Source: Bacteroidales bacterium (GTDB lineage Bacteria > Bacteroidota > Bacteroidia > Bacteroidales > Muribaculaceae). From it: a stretch of 64,000 bases of DNA. Under the pieces are notes generated by a model. That model worked only from the letters and a program-made list of their open reading frames with translations, was not told the DNA's origin and did not search any database. Positions 51,326-61,448 of the stretch are shown in pieces. A program made the position numbers and the translations under genes. How positions within the stretch are numbered: the stretch's first letter is position 1; each line of letters starts with the position of its first letter. Location of the stretch: NCBI GenBank assembly GCA_019415705.1, contig DXYS01000006.1, positions 30,618 through 94,617 of the forward strand. Direction: 5' to 3'.

Positions 51326-52846
51326 ATGAAACCCTACCTCCATATCCTTGTTGCCGCGGCCATGGCCGTGATGTCATTCTCGCCGGCCGCTGCTGAAAAG
51401 CTCGTGATACTCCACACCAACGACACCCACTCGCAGATTGACCCCGACGAGCGCGACGGTCTCGGTGGCATAGCGCGCCGCAAGGTCATCATCGACAGCG
51501 TCCGCGCCGCCGATAAAAACGTCATGCTCATCGACGCGGGCGATTTCGTGCAGGGCACGCTATACTTCAACCTCTACCGCGGTAAAGTCGAGCAGGAGAT
51601 GATGAACGCCCTCGGCTACGACCTGCGTATCCTCGGCAACCACGAGTTTGACAACGGCATAGACGAACTCGCCGACGTCCTTGCCGACAGTGAGAGCGAA
51701 CTTTTGGCGACCAACTACGACCTTTCGGCAACGCCGCTCGCCCGCGAATTCAAACCGTTTACCATCCGCGAATTCGGTGACAAGACCGTCGGTTTCATCG
51801 CTATAAATCTTGATCCTAAGGGCATGATAAGCGACGGCAATTATAACGGACTGGTCTATAATGACGCAGTCAAGGCCGCCAACGCCGCTGCATGGTGGCT
51901 CAAGCACATCGACAAAGTCGACGCCGTCATCGCTGTCACTCATATCGGCTATGACCCGGCGATGCCTCCCGGCGACAAGATGCTCGCCGGTCTGTCAGAA
52001 GACATCGACGTCATCATCGGAGGACACTCGCATGACCTCATCAAGCCAGACGACAGTAACAATGGACTCAATCCCGAAGTTCCCAACGCCGACGGACGGG
52101 ACATGCTCGTCACTCAGGCCGGCAAACAGGGCAAATATGTGGCCCGCATTGAGATTGATCTTGATTCGCTGACCACAGACTACAGTCTCATCCGCGTTGA
52201 CAGCCGCTTAGACAACCGATTGGATAAGTCGCTGCTTGACAAAATCAAGCCTTACCGCGCAGGCGTAGACTCGCTCATGGCTCTCCCGGTCGGCCGCAGC
52301 GCCATCGACCTGCCTAAAGAGAGTCAGGAGTTGCTCAACTTTGCCTCTGACTTCGTACTCGCCGAGGGACGTCAGCTCGCCGACAGCGTCGACTTCGCCA
52401 TCGTCAACAAGGGCGGCCTGCGCCGCGGCCTCAGCAAAGGCAACATCACCGAGGGTGAACTTATCTGCATGCTTCCTTTCTACAATTATGTCAATGTTCT
52501 GGACGTCAAAGGCAAAGATCTCTTGGAAGTCTTTGACGTCATGGCACGCACCGACGGCAACGGCGTCAGCGAAAGTGTCGACGCTGTCTATGACCCTGCT
52601 ACCGGCAAATGCTTGTCTGTCACTGTCGACGGGCGCCCGCTCGACCCTGACCGCACATACAGAATCGCCACAATAGACTATCTGGCAAAAGGCGGCGACT
52701 ACATGACGGCCCTGACACGCGGCAAGACGATTGCCAAGAGCCACAAGGTACTATATCAGGCTATGATTGACGCCTTCCGCAAGGGCTATCTCAAAGGCAA
52801 GACAGTCAGGCCGTCGTCAACAGTGCGCATGCACCCCGCCGGCTGA
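51326..52846 (+). CDS. Bifunctional metallophosphatase / 5'-nucleotidase (UshA-like)
   Basis: 506 aa with a signal peptide. Motifs HTNDTHS, DAGDFVQGT, GNHEFDNG and GGHSH are present, followed by a C-terminal 5'-nucleotidase domain. Confidence 0.85.
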   Translation: MKPYLHILVAAAMAVMSFSPAAAEKLVILHTNDTHSQIDPDERDGLGGIARRKVIIDSVRAADKNVMLIDAGDFVQGTLYFNLYRGKVEQEMMNALGYDLRILGNHEFDNGIDELADVLADSESELLATNYDLSATPLAREFKPFTIREFGDKTVGFIAINLDPKGMISDGNYNGLVYNDAVKAANAAAWWLKHIDKVDAVIAVTHIGYDPAMPPGDKMLAGLSEDIDVIIGGHSHDLIKPDDSNNGLNPEVPNADGRDMLVTQAGKQGKYVARIEIDLDSLTTDYSLIRVDSRLDNRLDKSLLDKIKPYRAGVDSLMALPVGRSAIDLPKESQELLNFASDFVLAEGRQLADSVDFAIVNKGGLRRGLSKGNITEGELICMLPFYNYVNVLDVKGKDLLEVFDVMARTDGNGVSESVDAVYDPATGKCLSVTVDGRPLDPDRTYRIATIDYLAKGGDYMTALTRGKTIAKSHKVLYQAMIDAFRKGYLKGKTVRPSSTVRMHPAG

Positions 52847-52900
52847 CGACGATATCATGACTTAGACTTAAAATCAAACCATCATATCTATAAAGCACAA

Positions 52901-55891
52901 ATGAACCTTAAACGCCATCTGATCCTCTCACTCATCGGACTTGCTGCAGCCGCCGCAGGCTGCATGTCGGCCGACGCCACATCGACAGCAGCCGCTCAGA
53001 CAAAACCCGAAGCTGAAAACCCCGCTTGCGACCGTTGGGTCGACTCTGTCTACAACTCTCTGACCGAGCGGCAGCGTGTGGCTCAGCTGATATCTCCTAA
53101 AATAGCTGTCGACAAAGGTGCTGACAGCCGTGCGGCCATCAGACGCTATGTAAGCGTCAATAAAGTAGGCTCGCTGCTTTTTGCCTCAGGCACCATCGAC
53201 CAGTATATCGAGCTTACCAACTACGCACAGTCGCTGGCTGATGTGCCGCTGCTTATGACATTCGACGGCGAGTGGGGACTCTCGATGCGCATCAAAGATA
53301 CTCCACGTTTTCCAAAAAACATGGCACTCGGAGCCATCCGCAATCCGGCTTTGCTTTATGATTATGGCCGCGAGATGGCACGCGAATGTCGCCTCGCAGG
53401 CATCACTGTCAACTATGCGCCTGTTTTAGACGTCAACTCCAATCCCGATAATCCCGTAATCGGCGAACGCTCATTCGGTGAAAATCCCGTGCGCGTGGGA
53501 CGTCTCGCTACTGCTTATGCCCGCGGGCTCGAGAGCGGAGGAGTTATGGCCGTAGCCAAACATTTCCCGGGCCATGGCAACACAAGCACCGACAGCCACA
53601 AGGAACGCACGACTGACCCCCACAATGCCGCCGATGTAGAGCGCATCGACCTGCATCCTTTCAAGACATATATCGATTCGGGGTGCTCGGGCATAATGAC
53701 CGGTCACATCATCGTGCCGTCAATCGACCCGTCAGGGCTGCCTGCGTCACTCTCTCAGACCATATCGACCGAGCTGCTGCGCGAGCGTCTTGGCTTCGAC
53801 GGTCTCGTCTTCACTGACGCACTCGAAATGAAAGGCGCTAAAATCGCCGGACGCAACAATGCCGTTATGGCCCTCAAAGCCGGAGCCGACATCCTTGAGT
53901 CATCAGGCCATCCGGTGACCGACATCGACTCGATAATGGCAGCCGTAAAACGCGGCGAAATTTCAAAAAGTGACATCGAGCGCCACTGCAAGCGTGTGCT
54001 CAGATACAAATATCTGCTCGGCCTGCCCGAGCTCAAGCCGGCCGACGCTAAAACCGTCAAACAGCTGCTTGACTCACCCGAGGCCGACCTTGTCAACCGT
54101 CGCCTCGCCGCTGCGCTTATGACTGTAGTCTACAACCGAGGCGACATACTGCCTATCAGCGGTCTTGAGAAGAATAAAATCGCCGTGGTCAACATCGGCG
54201 CTCCGGCCGATAATGAGTTCAGCCGCACCTGCCGACGCTATGCCGACGCCGAGGTCTTCCACACAGCCGGCGCTGTCTTCAGCCATGCAAACCTCGAGCG
54301 CATCAAGGCCCATGACATCGTAATCGCCGCCGTCTATAACGGCAACGCCGGTGCACGCGCCGTCCTCGATCAGCTGAAAGACTGTCGCGGTCTCGTCGCC
54401 GTAATGTTTGTCAACCCGTATAAGATGAGCAAGTTCGCTTCGTCGCTTCCATCTGCCGCAGCCCTTGTAGCAGCTTACGAGGACACACCTTACACCCAAG
54501 AATATGCCGCACAGGCCGTCTTCGGCGGCATCGACGTCGACGGGCAGCTGCCGGTCGGCATTGCCGGAGTCGCACCGGTCGGTACAGGCGTGACGCTAAA
54601 GAAAAATCGTCTCGGCTACTCCTCGCCGCTCGCCGAGAATATGCGGGCATCGCTCACTGACTCCATCGACTCTATATGCACAAAGCTGATTGCCGACGGC
54701 GGTATGCCAGGCTGTCAGGTGCTTGTCGCCAAAAACGGCAACGTCGTCTATGACAAATGTTTCGGTCTGATTACGCGCGGCGGTGCACGCGTCACCCCAA
54801 CGACGGTCTATGACCTCGCATCTGTCTCAAAAGCCACCGGCACACTCCCCGGTGTGATGAAAGCCTACGATATGGGTCTCTTCGGACTCGACGAGCCGTT
54901 GGCAAAGTATATCCCCGGCCTGCGAGGCACCGGCAAGGACTCCCTTATGATTAAAGAATTTCTCTATCACGAGACCGGAATGCCTGCCGCGCTCAATATG
55001 TTTGAGGTTATGGTCGACAGCAACAGCTACACGGGCAAGATGATTACACGCCGTCCTGACCGCAGTCACAGCATCAAAATTCAGAAAGGCGCCTACGGCC
55101 ACAACACAGCCCGTCTGCGCCGCGACATCACATCGCGCACCGCCTCCGGCCGTTTCCCCGTCGAGGCCGCACGGGGGGTATATGTCGGACGCGAGACTTA
55201 TGACACCATCATGAGCCGCATCTACAACATCCCGTTGCGCAACAATAAGAACTATAATTACTCCTGTCTCAACTTCTGTCTGATGATGGATTTCGTGCAG
55301 CGTGTCACCGGTCAGGGCCACGACAAGTTCATGGCCGACAGCATCTACGGCCCGCTCGGCGCATATACGACATGCTACCGGCCCACCATCAAACATCCGT
55401 TGACCAAGATTGCGCCGACCGAAAACGACACCTTCCTGCGTCGTCAGACCGTCCACGGCTATGTCCACGACGAACTCGCCAATTTCTCGGGCGGCGTGCA
55501 GGGCAATGCCGGTCTGTTCTCCAATGCCGACGACCTCGCAAAACTATGTCAGATGTGGCTCAACGGAGGCACATACGGCGGCCGCCGCTTCCTCTCCGAC
55601 GAGACTGTAAAACTGTTCACGACCTCAAAGAGCCCGACATGCCGCCGCGGTCTCGGTTTCGACAAGCCCGACACCGAGAATCCCGAATGGTCGCCCACCT
55701 GCGACGAAGCCGACCCGTCGGTCTTCGGTCATCTCGGATTTACAGGCACCGTCTTCTGGGTCGATCCTAAGAATGATATGATTTTCATATTCCTGACCAA
55801 TCGTGTCAACCCGACACGCGACAGCCCAGTCTTCAACAATTCGGGCATCCGTCCCGAGCTGTTCCGTCAGGTTTATAAATCGCTCAACTGA
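52901..55891 (+). CDS. GH3 beta-N-acetylhexosaminidase (NagZ-like) fused to a serine hydrolase / beta-lactamase-like domain
   Basis: 996 aa. The GH3 N-terminal domain has KHFPGHG and FTDALEM. The C-terminal domain has the SxxK motif ASVSKATG. Confidence 0.85.
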   Translation: MNLKRHLILSLIGLAAAAAGCMSADATSTAAAQTKPEAENPACDRWVDSVYNSLTERQRVAQLISPKIAVDKGADSRAAIRRYVSVNKVGSLLFASGTIDQYIELTNYAQSLADVPLLMTFDGEWGLSMRIKDTPRFPKNMALGAIRNPALLYDYGREMARECRLAGITVNYAPVLDVNSNPDNPVIGERSFGENPVRVGRLATAYARGLESGGVMAVAKHFPGHGNTSTDSHKERTTDPHNAADVERIDLHPFKTYIDSGCSGIMTGHIIVPSIDPSGLPASLSQTISTELLRERLGFDGLVFTDALEMKGAKIAGRNNAVMALKAGADILESSGHPVTDIDSIMAAVKRGEISKSDIERHCKRVLRYKYLLGLPELKPADAKTVKQLLDSPEADLVNRRLAAALMTVVYNRGDILPISGLEKNKIAVVNIGAPADNEFSRTCRRYADAEVFHTAGAVFSHANLERIKAHDIVIAAVYNGNAGARAVLDQLKDCRGLVAVMFVNPYKMSKFASSLPSAAALVAAYEDTPYTQEYAAQAVFGGIDVDGQLPVGIAGVAPVGTGVTLKKNRLGYSSPLAENMRASLTDSIDSICTKLIADGGMPGCQVLVAKNGNVVYDKCFGLITRGGARVTPTTVYDLASVSKATGTLPGVMKAYDMGLFGLDEPLAKYIPGLRGTGKDSLMIKEFLYHETGMPAALNMFEVMVDSNSYTGKMITRRPDRSHSIKIQKGAYGHNTARLRRDITSRTASGRFPVEAARGVYVGRETYDTIMSRIYNIPLRNNKNYNYSCLNFCLMMDFVQRVTGQGHDKFMADSIYGPLGAYTTCYRPTIKHPLTKIAPTENDTFLRRQTVHGYVHDELANFSGGVQGNAGLFSNADDLAKLCQMWLNGGTYGGRRFLSDETVKLFTTSKSPTCRRGLGFDKPDTENPEWSPTCDEADPSVFGHLGFTGTVFWVDPKNDMIFIFLTNRVNPTRDSPVFNNSGIRPELFRQVYKSLN

Positions 55892-55893
55892 TA

Positions 55894-56856
55894 ATGACAC
55901 TGCGCCCCATACCGGCACTTATAACCGCACTCAGCCTGCTCGCCGCGCCCCCATTGACGGCCGGCGAGCAGACTGACTCCGCCGTCGTCGTCCCCCGCCG
56001 CGTCATCGTATGGCACGACGTCACCGGTGCTGCCATCGGTGCGGGACTGACAGTCGGTATCACCGAGGCACTCAAACACGGAGTCACCGAGTGGCGCCCC
56101 GACCGCAGCGACGACCGCTCGTTCCCCTCCCGCCACGCCTCGTGGGCCTATGCAGGCGCAGCAATTCTTTCGGTTGAACTTAGTGACCGATTCGCCTATA
56201 CACCTCTGCTGGCTCAGACAGCCGCCAACGCAGTCGGCATGCAGCGCGTCATCTCGCGACGCCATTACCCGTCTGACGTTCTGGCCGGTGCTGCTGTCGG
56301 GCTACTCTCTATCAGAGCCGGTTACTGGCTCTCGGACCTCATTTTTAATATATCCCGCCGTCAGACCTTCAACTTTTCAGGCGAACGACGCAGCTCGCTC
56401 TACGCCTCGACCGTCGCTATCATTCCCTTAAAAAGCAAAAACGGTGATTTTGCCCTTGGCACCGGTATAGAATCAGCCATTGGCATAATCGCACCTATAG
56501 CCGAGCGTTTTGACATCGGAGCAGCCGCCGGTCTCCGCTCCGCGCCCGTCTACAGCCACCGTCAGTTCGTCGACCCGCTCAGCAGCCTCGCTCTGCGGGC
56601 TACAGCCGGCTGCAGCATCATTGATAGCCGACGCTGGACTATCGAAGTTGGAGCGTCAGCCTCTCTGCTACATAATTTTCATCATAACACGCTCGGTGTA
56701 AAACAATTCGGCGCAGCCGCCGACCTCTCAGCCGACGCTATTCACCGCCTCACCGACCGTATAAGCACCGGCCTGTCAGCCGCTATCGAGGGCGCCGCCA
56801 TAAAAGGCTTCCGTCCTTCCCTCCGCATCGCGCTCTCCACTCGCGTCTCATTATAG
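55894..56856 (+). CDS. PAP2-family phosphatase domain protein with C-terminal beta-rich extension
   Basis: 320 aa. PAP2 motifs SFPSRHAS and RHYPSDVLAGAAVG are present. The start lies 2 nt after the upstream stop. Confidence 0.75.
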   Translation: MTLRPIPALITALSLLAAPPLTAGEQTDSAVVVPRRVIVWHDVTGAAIGAGLTVGITEALKHGVTEWRPDRSDDRSFPSRHASWAYAGAAILSVELSDRFAYTPLLAQTAANAVGMQRVISRRHYPSDVLAGAAVGLLSIRAGYWLSDLIFNISRRQTFNFSGERRSSLYASTVAIIPLKSKNGDFALGTGIESAIGIIAPIAERFDIGAAAGLRSAPVYSHRQFVDPLSSLALRATAGCSIIDSRRWTIEVGASASLLHNFHHNTLGVKQFGAAADLSADAIHRLTDRISTGLSAAIEGAAIKGFRPSLRIALSTRVSL

Positions 56857-56928
56857 CAGTGTGTATACCGCTCCCGCCTTGCTTGTCCGACCGTTCAGAC
56901 TATCCCCAAGTATCAAAAAATAACTTTT

Positions 56929-56968
56929 ACAGAAACAGCAGCCCATGTTCAGAGACTGCTGTTTCTGT
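56929..56968. terminator. Bidirectional terminator between convergent genes
   Basis: 13-bp perfect stem: acagaaacagcag (56929-56941) pairs with ctgctgtttctgt (56956-56968). Confidence 0.8.
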
Positions 56969-56985
56969 TATTATATTATTGTACA

Positions 56986-57840
56986 TTATTTGCCGGTGGT
57001 AGTGTCGGCTGTATCGGGCGCTTTGTCGATTAGGTCCATAAACTGGTCAAGATTGGGAGTGATGATAATCTCCGTACGACGGTTGAGCTGACGTCCGGCA
57101 GCCGTGTCATTGTCGCCGATCGGATTATACTCGCCACGTCCGCCGGCTGTCATGCGGGACGGATTGACCCCGAAATCATTCTGCAAAGCCTGCACAACCG
57201 ACGATGCGCGCAGACAGCTCAGATCCCAGTTGTTGCGGATATTGGGACGCGAGATGGGCACATTGTCAGTGTTGCCCTCGACCAGCACGTCATAGTCCTT
57301 ATAATCTGTTATAATTTTGGCAATCTTGCCGAGTATGCCCATGGCGCGGTCACTGATCTGATAGCTGCCCGATTTATAGAGCATATTGTCGGCCAACGAA
57401 ATATAGACCACCCCTTTGAGCACCTTTATGTCGACATCGCGGAGATCGTCGCGGCTGAGCGAACGTGTCAGATTGTTGGTGAGCACCATGCTGAGCGAGT
57501 CAGAGCGGTCTTTGGCTGCGACAAGCTGCTTGATATAGGCATTTGAGGCATTGATTTCGTCGACAAGCTTAGAGATATTGACATTGCCTTGCGAGTTATT
57601 CTTGATACTTGCAGCGAGGGCGGCCTGTATGTCGGCATAATTCTGTTTAAGCTCCTCGTTGCGGGCGCGTGCGTCCTTGAGCAGCTGCTCGAGCGTTGTC
57701 ACATTTCCGCGAGTCTCGGTCAGAGCCTTCTGCGAGGCCTCATAGTCGGCCTGCAGTCTGTTGTATTTCTTTGAGCTCACACATCCGGTGAGGCAAAGCG
57801 CCGCTGCGACAGCGACGGCTAACATTGATTTTGTTTTCAT
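56986..57840 (-). CDS. OmpA-family lipoprotein (coiled-coil N-terminal half, OmpA C-terminal peptidoglycan-binding domain)
   Basis: I preferred ATG 57840 (MKTKSMLAVAVAAALCLTGC lipobox) because the track start is GTG. OmpA_C motifs are VEGNTDNVP, NWDLSCLRA and NRRTEIII. Confidence 0.85.
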   Translation of the reverse strand: MKTKSMLAVAVAAALCLTGCVSSKKYNRLQADYEASQKALTETRGNVTTLEQLLKDARARNEELKQNYADIQAALAASIKNNSQGNVNISKLVDEINASNAYIKQLVAAKDRSDSLSMVLTNNLTRSLSRDDLRDVDIKVLKGVVYISLADNMLYKSGSYQISDRAMGILGKIAKIITDYKDYDVLVEGNTDNVPISRPNIRNNWDLSCLRASSVVQALQNDFGVNPSRMTAGGRGEYNPIGDNDTAAGRQLNRRTEIIITPNLDQFMDLIDKAPDTADTTTGK

Positions 57841-57936
57841 AATCACGACAGTTTTAAAGATATAACAAGCAAGCCGGATTATTGGTTGACCCCGCGGGCC
57901 GGTGACAATTTATTTGGCAATCAGATGATAATGACT

Positions 57937-57944
57937 TATTTTTG
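57937..57944 (+). promoter_or_regulatory. -7 box TATTTTTG for the esterase gene
   Basis: TAnnTTTG match 35 nt upstream of ATG 57979, inside the TTG-started ORF extension. Confidence 0.45.
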
Positions 57945-57978
57945 CATATCATCAATTTATGCTCGACAAAACGACGCC

Positions 57979-59313
57979 ATGAAAAAGCTCACACTCACCA
58001 TCCTCTCACTGATTGCGACAGCCGCAGCGGCGACCGGCGCAAATACATTTATAAAAGGTGAACTCTCAGACTCACGAATCTACCCCGGCACTACGCACAG
58101 CTACGAAGTCGCCGTCCCCGACGCTTACGACGGCCACACTCCCGCCTGCCTTTACATAGGTTTGGACGGTCAGCTCTGCGACGCGGCCAACGTGATGGAG
58201 AGTCTTTACAAGTCGGGCGAAATGCCGCTGACCATCGGAGTGTTTCTGCAACCGGGCGTCATCCGTGCGGCCGACGGCGAAGTGTTGCGCTATAACCGCA
58301 GCAATGAGTTTGACTCGACCGACCCGCGCTTCGCCGAATTCATAGAGACCGAGCTGCTGCCGGCAGTCAGGGCGCTCCGCACCGACGACGGCCGCGAAAT
58401 AGTGCTCTCAGAGCGCGCCGCCGACCGGATGATATTCGGACTCAGCAGCGGCGGCATAGCAGCTTTTACGGCCGCATGGCACCGCCCCGACCTGTTCTCT
58501 AAAGTCTTCAGCGGCTGCGGTACGTTTGTGCCGATGCGCGGCGGCAACGACCTGCAGGCCATCGTGCGCAAAAGCGAGCCTAAACCGCTGCGCATCTGTC
58601 TGCAGGACGGTTATGACGACGCTTGGAATCCGCTGTTCGGCTCATGGTTTGAGGCCAACGCCATGCTCGGCACAGCGCTGGAGTTTGCGGGCTATGACGT
58701 GATGCTCGACTGGGGCGAAGGGGTGCACAGCGTCAAACGTGCCGCCGAAATTTTCCCCGACGTGATGCGTTGGATGTGGCGCGACCATCCGGCCGAAATC
58801 AGCATACGCCCTACGTCAAACAATTATCTCAAGCCTTTGCTTGTCGACGGAGCCGTGTGGCAGGCGGTCGGGACACCGTCTGATGCCGCCGATATGACAC
58901 TGCGCTCGGCTGTCTATCCCGACGGCGCCCATGCCGTAAGCGTCGCAGAAGGCAGCAACAGCCTCACTCAAAGCATCATCCCGGCTGACGGCGACGTCGT
59001 TTACGCCCAGCCGTTCTATTGGCTGCATAATTTCGACAATTGTCTGCTCGCTATAGGAGGCATGGCATTTGACAGCGACGGCAATCTTTGGACAGTCACC
59101 GATGCCGGCATACAGATTTGCGACCAGAACGGCCGCGTCAGAGGCATCATAGAGCTGCCGCGAGGCATAACGGCCGGACGGACAGCCATACGCATCGACG
59201 ACGGACGCGTGACGGTGGTCGAACTCGGCAAAGAGCCGCGCGCCTACAGCCGACACTTCAATGTCAAGGCCGCACAGCCCGGCGTCAGACCGCCGTCTCA
59301 GGGACAGGCATGA
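57979..59313 (+). CDS. Alpha/beta-hydrolase esterase (enterochelin-esterase-like) with C-terminal beta-propeller-like region
   Basis: I chose ATG 57979 (MKKLTLTILSLIATAAAATGA signal peptide). The GxSxG motif is FGLSSGGIAAF. Confidence 0.7.
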   Translation: MKKLTLTILSLIATAAAATGANTFIKGELSDSRIYPGTTHSYEVAVPDAYDGHTPACLYIGLDGQLCDAANVMESLYKSGEMPLTIGVFLQPGVIRAADGEVLRYNRSNEFDSTDPRFAEFIETELLPAVRALRTDDGREIVLSERAADRMIFGLSSGGIAAFTAAWHRPDLFSKVFSGCGTFVPMRGGNDLQAIVRKSEPKPLRICLQDGYDDAWNPLFGSWFEANAMLGTALEFAGYDVMLDWGEGVHSVKRAAEIFPDVMRWMWRDHPAEISIRPTSNNYLKPLLVDGAVWQAVGTPSDAADMTLRSAVYPDGAHAVSVAEGSNSLTQSIIPADGDVVYAQPFYWLHNFDNCLLAIGGMAFDSDGNLWTVTDAGIQICDQNGRVRGIIELPRGITAGRTAIRIDDGRVTVVELGKEPRAYSRHFNVKAAQPGVRPPSQGQA

Positions 59314-59316
59314 ATA

Positions 59317-60270
59317 TCAGGGCGCACATTGCCCGTCATGATATATCTTTTCGCCGCGATACGGCTCGATATGAGTGGTGATGATAGTCTTGTCACCGGT
59401 AAAAAGCTTTGTCAGGCGGTTTTCGACATCAGTCGAGATGTCGTGTGCGGCCTCAATGCTTATGGATGGCTTGACTTTGATATGCACCTCGATGATAATC
59501 GCACGTCCATTACGCCGCGTGCGCAGATGATGAAAAGTTATCACGCCCGGCGTCTCGGAGACAGTCTTGCAGATACTGTCCTCGACCTTTTCGGGCAGTG
59601 ACGCCTCAAGCAGCTCGCGTATCGCAGGCATGGCCATGCGCACACCCACTATCACGATAAACACCGCCACTATCATCTGCGCCACAGGGTCAAGCACACG
59701 GCCGCGCTCGCCCAAAAACATCGCTCCGCCGACACCGAGGAGTGTCGCGACAGACGAGAACGCGTCCGAGCGGTGATGCCACGCGTTGGCAACAACAGCT
59801 CCCGAGCCGATGCGGACTCCGACTGCACGCGTATATCTGAACAGCCACTCCTTGACCACAATCGACGCGCCGCAGATGACGAGCGCTATCCATCCGGGAC
59901 GTGCGGGCAAAACGCCCTCGACGGCCATAAGGACATTGCGCAAACCCTCGCCGAAGATGCCGATGCCCACGATTACAAGGGCTATGGCAATCAGCATAGT
60001 CGCAAAAGTCTCATACTTGCCGCGTCCGTACTGATAGCGTCCGTCAGGTTTGCGACGGGAGATACCGACCATCACAAGGACTATGACGTCAGTAATGAAA
60101 TCAGAGAAGGAGTGGACGCCGTCTGCGACCAAAGCTCCCGAACGGCCGGCTATACCGGCAATCACCTTTACGATGGCCAGCACCGCGTTGCAGCCGAATC
60201 CGACCCATGTGACACGCCGGGCTGCGGACACCGCTTCTTTGTCGCTTATTTCATTTTCATCCATATTCAT
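59317..60270 (-). CDS. Cation diffusion facilitator (CDF) family metal efflux transporter
   Basis: I preferred ATG 60270 because the track start 60312 is GTG. CDF motifs HSFSDFITD and HHRSDAFSS are present, followed by a C-terminal cytoplasmic domain. Confidence 0.9.
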   Translation of the reverse strand: MNMDENEISDKEAVSAARRVTWVGFGCNAVLAIVKVIAGIAGRSGALVADGVHSFSDFITDVIVLVMVGISRRKPDGRYQYGRGKYETFATMLIAIALVIVGIGIFGEGLRNVLMAVEGVLPARPGWIALVICGASIVVKEWLFRYTRAVGVRIGSGAVVANAWHHRSDAFSSVATLLGVGGAMFLGERGRVLDPVAQMIVAVFIVIVGVRMAMPAIRELLEASLPEKVEDSICKTVSETPGVITFHHLRTRRNGRAIIIEVHIKVKPSISIEAAHDISTDVENRLTKLFTGDKTIITTHIEPYRGEKIYHDGQCAP

Positions 60271-60406
60271 ATCAATATATGTCCGGCAAAAATAATCATT
60301 ATAATCATACACCCGACAGTTTATACAAGGAGTGTGCTAATCTATGTTTTTATAAAAAACGGAAACTCGACATCATTATCTAAAACTGCGCCAAATTGGT
60401 GGATCT

Positions 60407-60622
60407 TTATAACAATCTGATTAGCTTTTGCTTGCAATTCTCCACCAAGTTGGTGTAGTTTTTCTCAAGTTCCCTTGGCTGAAAAATACAAACAGATGCT
60501 TTAATCTGGGCAGACAAATAGCGTTGTCTGATTTCTGAAAACCAAGCTAAATAATCAGAGTCAATTCTAAAATCATCAACTCTGATAATCTGAGGATTAT
60601 TATCGGCTGCAATATTTTCCAT
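60407..60622 (-). pseudogene. Possible N-terminal remnant of a DUF1016/YhcG-type (PDDEXK nuclease-associated) gene
   Basis: A 71-aa ORF in an AT-rich patch. FSEIRQRYLSAQIKASV...ELEKNY resembles the N-terminal helix of DUF1016 proteins, which are normally over 300 aa. This is weak recall only. Confidence 0.3.
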
Positions 60623-60765
60623 AACAATGCAAAGATAGCACAAAAGATATACAGGCACAAGTTAATCCGAGAGTTAAAAGGCGTATAATCAAACAATTCA
60701 AATAAACAGTGTGTCTTATGGTGAATAATTCCGACCTTTTATTTGGCAATAAGACTGCCTTACGT

Positions 60766-60773
60766 TAAATTTG
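60766..60773 (+). promoter_or_regulatory. -7 box TAAATTTG
   Basis: Exact TAnnTTTG match 48 nt upstream of ATG 60821. Confidence 0.45.
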
Positions 60774-60820
60774 CGCATCAGTAATAAAATGCATCGGAAA
60801 CAATCTTATACATATATAAA

Positions 60821-61312
60821 ATGAAAAGTCGTGTCGAACTAAGTTCTTACTGTTTTATCATATCGTCAATCGGCATCGCAATAATGTGCGGCGCGTTTCT
60901 CTTCGGGCTCAAGCGCCACGCCGCAGACTGGACCGTCTGGCTGCTCGCCGCAATGATACTTACGCTTTGCCTCTCCGCTTTGATATACATGCCTCTGTCT
61001 GTATCGGTCGACGACAAGGCACTGACAGTCAGGCGTCCGTTATGGCACAAGTCTATACCGCTTGCCGAGATAGCTTCGGTCAGACTTTTTCAACCGACGA
61101 TGGGCGAGCGCCGCATCATAGGCAGCGGCGGCTGGTTCGGCTACTACGGCCGATTCACCGACCGCGAAATCGGCAAATACTTTGCCTACTACGGCAAAGC
61201 GTCAGACTGTTTTTTGGTGGCTCTCAACGACGGCCGGCAGTATGTGCTCGGCTGCAAGAATCCGGGCGCGATGGTCGAAGCCATCTGCAGCCGCCTGCAT
61301 AAAGACCGCTGA
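60821..61312 (+). CDS. Small membrane protein with bacterial PH-like domain (hypothetical)
   Basis: 163 aa with two N-terminal TM helices. A following beta-rich domain (LTVRRPLWHKSIPLAEIASVRLF) resembles bPH-type domains. Confidence 0.45.
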   Translation: MKSRVELSSYCFIISSIGIAIMCGAFLFGLKRHAADWTVWLLAAMILTLCLSALIYMPLSVSVDDKALTVRRPLWHKSIPLAEIASVRLFQPTMGERRIIGSGGWFGYYGRFTDREIGKYFAYYGKASDCFLVALNDGRQYVLGCKNPGAMVEAICSRLHKDR

Positions 61313-61448
61313 AAAAACAGCGCTCCGACGAAACATTCGACGGGCTAACAGTGTTATTATTTCAATGCATCAACTATTTATCATCACCGGAGCTTAAAAC
61401 CTGTCACATAAACAGTGACCCGGACTAATCGCAAAACTATCAGTTACA

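Noticed and set aside
55889-55896. The tight junction between the NagZ-beta-lactamase fusion and the PAP2 gene (TGA TA ATG) as a possible fusion or frameshift.
   Set aside because: Both ORFs are complete, with a proper stop and start. This is ordinary translational coupling.
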